Shown here: positions 57,307 through 64,000 of the stretch, piece by piece
Numbering within the stretch: the first letter of the stretch is position 1
Layout of the letters: each line of letters opens with the position of its first letter
Assembly: GCA_964291675.2 (NCBI GenBank)
Contig: OZ219865.1
Location: 1,056,001-1,120,000 of the forward strand
From: Alphaproteobacteria bacterium
GTDB taxonomy: Bacteria > Pseudomonadota > Alphaproteobacteria > MPNO01
Length of the DNA stretch: 64,000 nt
Direction: 5' to 3'
Made by a program: the position numbers and the translations under genes
The notes under the pieces: generated by a model
Databases searched by the model: none
What the model was told of the DNA's origin: nothing
Seen by the model: the letters and a program-made list of their open reading frames with translations, nothing else

Positions 57307-58269
57307 TTGGCCCGATACCCGATTCCGGACCGGCTTCTGGTGGCGATCGGCGGCAACGCGGTGCATCCGGAGACCACCTCCGGGACCGTCGCCGAGCAGC
57401 GCGAATACGCCGAGCGGACCGCGGCCTCGCTGCTGCCGCTGATGCGCCTCGGCAACCAGCTCGTGCTGACCCACGGCAACGGGCCGGTGGTCGGCAAGAT
57501 CATGATGCGCCAGGCGATCGCGCGCAGCCGCGTGGCGCCGATGTCGCTCGACATCTGCGTCGCCCACAGCCAGGGCGGGGTGGCCTATCTGCTGTTGCAG
57601 GCGATGGAGAACGCGCTCCGCGTCATCGACAATCCGCGCCACGTCGTGTGCCTGCTCACCCAGGTCGAGGTCGACCCGGACGATCCCGCCTTCGACAACC
57701 CGACCAAGCCGATCGGCTATTTCTACTCCGAGGAGGAGGCGAAGGCGCTGGCCCGCGAGACCGGCTGGGAGATGCGCGAAGACTCCGGGCGGGGCTGGCG
57801 CCACGTGGTGCCCTCGCCGCGCCCGCGCCACGTCGCCGACCTCGCGCTGGTCCGCGACATCGCCGCCCAGGGCGCGGTGGTGATCGCCGGCGGCGGCGGC
57901 GGCATCCCGGTGCTGCGCCTGGCCGACGGCACCCGCACCGGCGTCGAGGCGGTGATCGACAAGGACCTCACCTCGGCGCTGATGGCCGGCGCGCTCGGCG
58001 TCGAGACGATCATGATCCTCACCGGGGTAGAGCGCGTGGCGGTCGATTTCGGCACCCCCGGCCAGCGCAGCCTCGACAGCGTGACGCTGGCCGAGATCAG
58101 GCGCCACCGCGACGACGGGCAGTTCCCGCCGGGCAGCATGGGCCCCAAGATCGACGCGGCGATCGACTTCATCGAACGCGGCGGCAGGCGGGTGGTGATC
58201 GGCCCGCTGGACCGGGCGGTCGACGCGCTTGAAGGGAGGACCGGAACCCACATCGTCGCCGATGGGTGA
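57307..58269 (+). CDS. arcC: Carbamate kinase
   Basis: AIGGNA, THGNGP, NPTKPIG, VPSPRP, GGGGIP, EAVIDKD, GSMGPK; start approximate (TTG). Confidence 0.93.
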   Translation: MARYPIPDRLLVAIGGNAVHPETTSGTVAEQREYAERTAASLLPLMRLGNQLVLTHGNGPVVGKIMMRQAIARSRVAPMSLDICVAHSQGGVAYLLLQAMENALRVIDNPRHVVCLLTQVEVDPDDPAFDNPTKPIGYFYSEEEAKALARETGWEMREDSGRGWRHVVPSPRPRHVADLALVRDIAAQGAVVIAGGGGGIPVLRLADGTRTGVEAVIDKDLTSALMAGALGVETIMILTGVERVAVDFGTPGQRSLDSVTLAEIRRHRDDGQFPPGSMGPKIDAAIDFIERGGRRVVIGPLDRAVDALEGRTGTHIVADG

Positions 58270-59239
58270 GCCGGCGATCCGCCTCGTTCTGACGGGTTGC
58301 GACGCCGCGCGCTGCCTCCGCGCGCTCGGCCGCGACGGCGGCTCGGTGCTCGCGGTGTTCCGCCGCAGCGTCTATCTGGAACACCACGCGTCGGGAGCGA
58401 TCGCCTGCGTCGGGCCTCCCGCGCTCGGCGTCGGGCCGCTCAACGCGCTTGCCGGGGAGAACGAAGCCCTGCCGGATTGGCAGGATTCGGGGCTTGCGCC
58501 CGGCGATCCGGTAGCGCCCGAGGGCGACGGCATCGGCATCGCCGGGCTGCGCGCGCTGACGTTCCGCGACGCCCGGCTGCACGATCCGCCGCGCGGCCCC
58601 CATGCATGGCCCGGAGACAGTCTCGCCAAGGCGCTCGCGCAGCTCTCGGAAATGCTGGCGCCCTTCGCGCTGGCCGACGGGCTGGCGCCGTTGGCCGACC
58701 CCGCGAAGCGCGCCGCCCCGCCCGCCTCGCCGTTGCTCGAACGGGCGCTTCCGGCCATCGCGGCGCTCGAATCCCGGCTCGCTTCCGGCGCCCCGCCGCC
58801 GCGCGAGGCGGTCGAACGGCTGGTCGGGCTCGGACCCGGGCTCACCCCCTCGGGCGACGATTTCCTCGGCGGGGCGATGATCGCGCTCGCGATGTCGGGG
58901 CGCGCCGAGGCCGCCGCCGCGCTGGCCGCACCGGTGCTGGAAGCCGCCCGGCGGGCGACGAATCGCATCAGCGCGGCGCATCTCGGCGCGGCCGCGCGTG
59001 GCTTCGGCGCCGACGCCCTGCACCTTGCGCTCGACGCGATGGCGCGCGGCGACGACCGGGCGCTGGCGGCGGCGCTGCGCGGGCTCGATGCCATCGGCCA
59101 CTCATCGGGTTGGGACGCGATGGCGGGCGCGGTTTCGGCGCTGGCGGCTCAGCCGGCGGCGAGCGCCGCTGCGGTCTCGGCGGCGCCCGCGTTGGATTCG
59201 GCTACCACGATCCCCGCCTCGCGCAGCGCCGCAACCTGA
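58262..59239 (+). CDS. DUF2877 protein (YlbF/AllH-like)
   Basis: LVGLGPGLTPSGDDFLGG, TNRIS, IGHSSGWD. Confidence 0.88.
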   Translation: MGEPAIRLVLTGCDAARCLRALGRDGGSVLAVFRRSVYLEHHASGAIACVGPPALGVGPLNALAGENEALPDWQDSGLAPGDPVAPEGDGIGIAGLRALTFRDARLHDPPRGPHAWPGDSLAKALAQLSEMLAPFALADGLAPLADPAKRAAPPASPLLERALPAIAALESRLASGAPPPREAVERLVGLGPGLTPSGDDFLGGAMIALAMSGRAEAAAALAAPVLEAARRATNRISAAHLGAAARGFGADALHLALDAMARGDDRALAAALRGLDAIGHSSGWDAMAGAVSALAAQPAASAAAVSAAPALDSATTIPASRSAAT

Positions 59240-60639
59240 TCGGAGCGGATCTGCGGGTCCCCCTCGGTGCCGCAGACCGAGGCGATCACCGCCGGCGCCG
59301 GCCCCCGATGCGCCGCCAGCACGGCGGCGAGCCGGCCGGCCGGGTCCGCATGCGCGCCGTGACCGAGCACGACATCGACCAGCACGACGCCGGTGGCGGG
59401 ATCGGCCAGCGCGGCGGCGAGCGGCGTGTCGCGCACCGCCGGCTCGATCATCGGGTGGGGGCGGCCGCGCGTGTATTCGTCGGCGCCGAGATCGATCAGG
59501 CTGTGGCCGGACTCCGCGCCGCCAGCGCCAGGGATGGGCACGTTGGAGGCGAACGCGATGCCGGCGGCCATCAGCACGGCCTGCGCCTCGGCGCAGAGCG
59601 ACCCGCCGCTGTAAAGGCCGCGGATCGCGCCGCCCGTGCGGCGATGCCGTTCAAGAGCTTCCCGCAGCGTGCGCGCCGGCTCCGGGGCGCCCGCCCCGGC
59701 CAGCGCGTCGTCGGCCGCCGCGCGCAGCGTCGCCGCCTGCCCCGCATTGGCCGGCAGATCCATCTTTCCCATGCCGATGAAGCAGAGCGTGAAACGCTTG
59801 CGGCTGCCGGCGATGCGCTCGGCGATGCGCCCTGCCGTCGCCGGGTCGGGCGGCTTCGAGATCAGCACGATGCGCCGCGTCGCCGGGTCGCGGTCGAGCG
59901 CGTCGATCGCGGTCAGCGTCATCGCTCCGCCCACCCTGGCGCCGAGGTCGCGGCCGCCGACGCCGATGCCGTGGCTGACCCCGCCGCCGGCCCGGGCGAT
60001 CAGGCAGGCGACCTCCTGCAAGCCGGTGCCGGAGGCGGCGATCAGCCCGATATCGCCGCGCGGCACCGCGTTGGCGAAACCGATGGGCGCGCCGGCAACG
60101 ATGGCGGTGCCGCAATCGGGTCCCATCATCAGCAGGCCGCGCTCGCAGGCGAGCGCCTTGAGCGCGACTTCGTCCCCGATCGCGACGTTGTCGGAGAACA
60201 GCATCACGTTGAGCCCGCGCTGCAGCGCGCGGCGGGCCTCGCGCGCGGCGAACTCCCCGGGCACCGAGACGATGGCGAGATTGGCGGCGGGCAGCGCGCG
60301 GAGCGCGGTCTCCAGCGAGCGCGGGTTCCACCCCTGGCGCTGCCCTCCGCCGCCGGACGGCCCGGCGAGCGCCGCCTCGGCGCCCTCGAACGCCGCGTGC
60401 AGCGCGTCCCCGTCGTCGGCCCGGATCGCGATCAGCAGGTCGTTGGGTCCGGCGGCGTCCCCCGCTTCATCCAGCAGCCCCGCGTCGCGCAGCAGCGCCT
60501 TGTTGGACGGGCTCGCCATCGTGAGCGAGGCGGCGGCGACCCCGGCGAGGCCCTCGACCTCGCGGGAGATCCGCATCAGCGCGACCGAGTCGAGATAGAA
60601 GCCCGCGCGAATCCGTGTCCCGGCGACGCCCCCGCTCAT
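59149..60639 (-). CDS. fdrA: FdrA (AllF-like) acyl-CoA synthetase-like protein
   Basis: YLDSVALM, SVPG, FSDNV, MGPDCGT, ASGTG, LISKPP, GLYSGG, DLGADEYTRGRPHPMI. Confidence 0.92.
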   Translation of the reverse strand: MSGGVAGTRIRAGFYLDSVALMRISREVEGLAGVAAASLTMASPSNKALLRDAGLLDEAGDAAGPNDLLIAIRADDGDALHAAFEGAEAALAGPSGGGGQRQGWNPRSLETALRALPAANLAIVSVPGEFAAREARRALQRGLNVMLFSDNVAIGDEVALKALACERGLLMMGPDCGTAIVAGAPIGFANAVPRGDIGLIAASGTGLQEVACLIARAGGGVSHGIGVGGRDLGARVGGAMTLTAIDALDRDPATRRIVLISKPPDPATAGRIAERIAGSRKRFTLCFIGMGKMDLPANAGQAATLRAAADDALAGAGAPEPARTLREALERHRRTGGAIRGLYSGGSLCAEAQAVLMAAGIAFASNVPIPGAGGAESGHSLIDLGADEYTRGRPHPMIEPAVRDTPLAAALADPATGVVLVDVVLGHGAHADPAGRLAAVLAAHRGPAPAVIASVCGTEGDPQIRSDQVAALREAGIVVAESNAGAAETAAALAAG

Positions 60640-61904
60640 GCGACGCCGAGCTCGGCCGCGAAGGCTTCGAGCGCCCGTTCGAAGCAGGCCATGGGCGCGC
60701 GCACCACCCCGGCCCCGACCTGGCCGATACCGGCCTCGCGGTGGGCGATCCCTGTATTGATGGTCGGCGCCTGGCCGGTCGCGACCACCTTGCGGATGTC
60801 GATGCCCGTCGGCACGCCGGCGAAGTCGAGCGCGGGGATGGTCCATTCCGGGTTGCGCGCGACCGCGATCTCCTCCATGGCGCGGGTGTAGTCGAGCGCG
60901 TCGGCCGCCGTGCCCGCGCCGACGAAGCCGGCTACGGCGGGCGCCGCGGCCATGGCGAAGCCGCCGAGCCCCACGGTCTCGACGATCGTCGAATCGCCCA
61001 TGTCGGGGTTGGCGTCGGCCTCGGAGAACCCCGGGAAGTAGAGCCCGCGCGGCATCTCCACCGGGGCCGCGAACCAGCGGTCGCCGAGCCCGCTGACGCG
61101 GATGCCGAACATGGTGCCGTTGCGGCTCATCGCGGTGACCACGCTGGATGCCTCGATGCCGCGCACCGGGTCCATGATCGCCTTGCCCATCGCCATGGCG
61201 ACGTTGAGGAAGAACTGGTCGTTGCCGCCGATGAACTCGAACAGCCGGGCGAGCGCCGCGCGGTCCCCGACGGCGCGGGCGAGCGCCGGCGCGATGGCGC
61301 GCAGCAGCAGGCTGGTGCAGGCGACGTTGCGCTGGTGCATCTCGTCGCCCATCGAGAGCCCGCGCGCGATCAGCGGCTTGAGCGCGATCCCGCCGGCCTC
61401 GCGCAGCGCGGCGCCGAAGGCGGGGCCGAACCCGTCGGCCAGCCAGCGCAGCCGGGCCAGCACCTCGGCGTCGTTGCCGCCGAAGCGCATCACCTTGCCG
61501 AGCCCCTCGTTGAGGGTGCAGAAGGCGCGGTTCCCAAAGGACCGGTTCTCGACGACCATCACCGGCATCGAGGGCGTTATCAGCCCCGTCATCGGGCCTA
61601 CCGCGTCGAAATGGTGGTTGGGGTGGAAGACGACGCCGCCGGCGGCGGCGAGTTCCTGCGCGCTCTCCAGATCGTCCGCCCAGCCTTCCAGCACGACGGC
61701 GCCGGCGATGGCGCCCCGCATCGGGCCGCACATCTCGGGCCAGCCGATCGGCGGGCCGGCATGCAGGACGGTGCGGCCTTCGAGCCCGGCGATCGCCTCG
61801 CCGGCGACGGCGACGTCGGCCAGCACGGGATCGGCCGCCAGCATGCGCTCGACCGCGCGCGCATTGGCCGCCTCGATGGCGGCGGCTGCGTCGCCCGCGG
61901 TCAC
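60636..61904 (-). CDS. DUF1116 protein (YlbE/AllG-like)
   Basis: LHAGPP, NEGLGKVMRFG, MGDEMHQRN, DMGDS, INTGIAH, GQVGAG. Confidence 0.92.
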   Translation of the reverse strand: MTAGDAAAAIEAANARAVERMLAADPVLADVAVAGEAIAGLEGRTVLHAGPPIGWPEMCGPMRGAIAGAVVLEGWADDLESAQELAAAGGVVFHPNHHFDAVGPMTGLITPSMPVMVVENRSFGNRAFCTLNEGLGKVMRFGGNDAEVLARLRWLADGFGPAFGAALREAGGIALKPLIARGLSMGDEMHQRNVACTSLLLRAIAPALARAVGDRAALARLFEFIGGNDQFFLNVAMAMGKAIMDPVRGIEASSVVTAMSRNGTMFGIRVSGLGDRWFAAPVEMPRGLYFPGFSEADANPDMGDSTIVETVGLGGFAMAAAPAVAGFVGAGTAADALDYTRAMEEIAVARNPEWTIPALDFAGVPTGIDIRKVVATGQAPTINTGIAHREAGIGQVGAGVVRAPMACFERALEAFAAELGVA

Positions 61905-62086
61905 GCGCCGAGCCTGTCCAAAAGCTCGATCAGCCGCCGGTCGCCGCCCGCCGGCGGCCGCCAGTCGACCTGCACCGCGGCGACCCCCTGCCCCTCCAGG
62001 CTGCGCGCGAACCGGGCGAGCCCGACATTGACCACGGCCACCGGGCCGTCGAGCAGGTCCTGGATGGGTTGCGGGCGGTCTCGCAC
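61901..62086 (-). CDS. Small FdrA C-terminal domain protein
   Basis: VVNVGLARFARSL, VQVDWRPPAGGD; start uncertain (GTG 62086 or 62095). Confidence 0.8.
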   Translation of the reverse strand: MRDRPQPIQDLLDGPVAVVNVGLARFARSLEGQGVAAVQVDWRPPAGGDRRLIELLDRLGA

Positions 62087-62267
62087 CGGCGGCACTTTCC
62101 CGAGCTTCGGTCGCACGACCGCCAGTCTACCGCCCCCGACCGCCGGGGTCAGCGGCCGAACGGGCCCGGGCAAAAAGAAGCGGGCTTATCCAGATCGCTC
62201 GACGGGCGGGCGGCCCGCGCCCGGCCCTTCCCGTTCCTCCCTTGCTCCTCCACCGCCACCCCCGACA

Positions 62268-62378
62268 CGTCATGGCCGGACTTGATCCGGCCATCCATGC
62301 GGCCCCTCCGCACGCACGGCGGTCGGGCGGGAGGGGTGGCGGCACGAGTGGATGCCCGGATCAAGTCCGGGCGTGACG
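62268..62378. repeat. CGTC-type REP doublet, copy 3
   Basis: 30-bp arms 62268-62297 and 62349-62378; 51-bp spacer homologous to copy 1. Confidence 0.9.
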
Positions 62379-62424
62379 AGGAGAGGGGAGCATGGCGATG
62401 GGGCGGGCGACGCCCGGACAAGAG

Positions 62425-62481
62425 GAAGGGCGGCCCCCGCCGCCCTTCGAAAGTGTCGCCGGGACCGGCGGAGCCGGTCCC
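62425..62481 (-). terminator. Two hairpins downstream of porin
   Basis: gggaccggc-gga-gccggtccc (62461-62481) and gaagggcggc-cccc-gccgcccttc (62425-62448). Confidence 0.55.
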
Positions 62482-62497
62482 CGATACGCGTCGGAGG

Positions 62498-63595
62498 CTA
62501 GAACACCACCTTGACGCCGACGATACCGGCGATACCGGAATTCTCCTCGTCTCCGGCGTTGTTCTGGGACTCGTTCCACAGCAGGTTCAGGTGAACCTTC
62601 GTGCCGGGGCCGAGCGCGCGGGCATAGCTGCCCATGACCTTCGTGTGGCTGGCGTCCCCCATGTCCATCTCGCCATGCATACCGACGAGGCTGAAGCTGT
62701 TCGCGCCACTCACGAACCGCACGCCGATATCAGTGAGCACGGCTTGGTTCGCTTCGTTGTCGTCGGTGGTCCGCTTGTGAGCAGCCGACACGCGGAACCC
62801 GCCGCCGAAGTCGAGGCGGGCAGCGACGAGCCAGTCGCTCATGTCTTTCGAACTGCCGTCGTCCGCGCCTTGGTACGCCGTCATGCCGGCGCCGATGGCG
62901 AAGCCGCCATCGTCCAACTTGCCGGAATAGCTGACCGCTCCCTCCAGACCGTCATGAGCCTGATTGATGTTGTTCCGCGCGTTGCTATCGTGGTTCTGGC
63001 GGTTCGGAGAGTACGTCACGCCGACCTGGAAACCGCCGAATTTCGGGGAGATGTAGGTCACCTTCTCCGCGTCGCCGGTGTCCAGACGGGAGTGCCGCAG
63101 CCTGTGGAAATCGGCGGGGTGGTCGGACACGCTCGGAACCCAGCCGTCGTCGAAGCTGAGGTTCTCGCCGACGCCGGTCGCCCAGGACCCGCTCATCCCG
63201 GTCAGCATCTTGACCGGCGCACCGCCGGTGCCGCCGAGGGTGATGCTGCCGAACGACCCGGAGACCTTGACGAAATACTCGTCGATCGGGTCGCCGTGGC
63301 CGGGGCCGTCTTGGCTGTGGTGGTTCTGGCCTTCGAGCTCCACACGGGCGTGGACCTTCATGCCGTTGTCGAGCGAGCCCCGGCCGTTGAAGTGGATCTC
63401 CGCGTCGGTCCGGGTGTCCAGCGCCGTCGTATCCGTCGCCGTATCCTCGTCGAGGATGCCGCCGACCACGCCCTCGTAATAGCCGTTCACGCTGATGGAC
63501 GGCTTCATCATCTTCTTGTCCTGCGCCGCCGCGCCGCCCGCGATCAGTACGCTCGCCGCGGCAATGGCCGTACCGGCCAGTAGTTGCTTCTTCAT
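62498..63595 (-). CDS. Alphaproteobacterial outer membrane porin
   Basis: Signal peptide MKKQLLAGTA, EIHF, LDNG, VELEG, IDE, GSFG, KVTYISPKFGGFQVGVTYSP, C-terminal Phe; GGAGG RBS. Confidence 0.92.
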   Translation of the reverse strand: MKKQLLAGTAIAAASVLIAGGAAAQDKKMMKPSISVNGYYEGVVGGILDEDTATDTTALDTRTDAEIHFNGRGSLDNGMKVHARVELEGQNHHSQDGPGHGDPIDEYFVKVSGSFGSITLGGTGGAPVKMLTGMSGSWATGVGENLSFDDGWVPSVSDHPADFHRLRHSRLDTGDAEKVTYISPKFGGFQVGVTYSPNRQNHDSNARNNINQAHDGLEGAVSYSGKLDDGGFAIGAGMTAYQGADDGSSKDMSDWLVAARLDFGGGFRVSAAHKRTTDDNEANQAVLTDIGVRFVSGANSFSLVGMHGEMDMGDASHTKVMGSYARALGPGTKVHLNLLWNESQNNAGDEENSGIAGIVGVKVVF

Positions 63596-63816
63596 AGCCC
63601 CTCCAGGGAGTTGATGCTGATACCGATCGCGGGGACATTCAACTTGAGAGTGTCGACGCCGTGGTCGACGATGCCGCTCGGATGAGCGGGATGGCAGCCG
63701 CTCGCCGGGACCGACGATCCCATCGTCCTCTTCTCGTCCTGCGCCGCCGCGCCGCCCGCGATGAGCGCGGCGGCGGCGACCGCTAGGGCCGTACCAGCCA
63801 GTCGTTGCTTCCTCAT
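63592..63816 (-). pseudogene. Truncated, diverged duplicate of the porin 5' end (74-codon ORF)
   Basis: 63729-63834 repeats 63511-63613 including the RBS; reads MRKQRLAGTALAVAAAALIAGGAAAQDEK. Confidence 0.7.
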
Positions 63817-64000
63817 AGCCCCTCCATGGAGTTGCACATTTCGCCGCAACCGCGCGGCAAGACCAGCATCCGAATTCGACCTTCTGTTGACTGAACCCTC
63901 GCTCGGGCAATCCTTCTAACTCACGGGAACGTTAGACTTTTTTCCCCATCTCTATTTCCCGTCCGGCTTGCGCTATCGCCGGGACTTGGCTTGAATGTCT

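Overview
High-GC alphaproteobacterial chromosome segment (Rhodospirillales-like by gene order; taxon is an inference). Core blocks: rnhB/mutY/dciA-dsbA-smc, the F0 ATP synthase operon, ubiD-pmbA-msbA-waaA-lpxK, xseA/purD, and mgtE-tRNA-Leu(GAG)-lipB. Between them lie catabolic genes (Mo-hydroxylase large subunits, ring-cleavage dioxygenases, a Rieske oxygenase, Rid proteins, amidohydrolases, and a ureide/oxalurate-type fdrA-DUF1116-DUF2877-carbamate kinase-aminotransferase cluster), intact and decayed toxin-antitoxin loci, and CGTC-type REP doublets. Best candidate for an undescribed system: a coupled three-gene operon at 226-4419 encoding a SAM methyltransferase, a compact SF1 helicase and a 758-aa protein joining an unknown (possibly degenerate ADP-ribosyltransferase-like) region to an ALKBH8-like dioxygenase. 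Second highlight: a glutathione S-transferase (18569-19267, minus) with an in-frame TGA at the catalytic Cys position and a SECIS-like hairpin, a probable selenoprotein missed by the ORF track. All calls come from manual motif recognition; no database searches were run.
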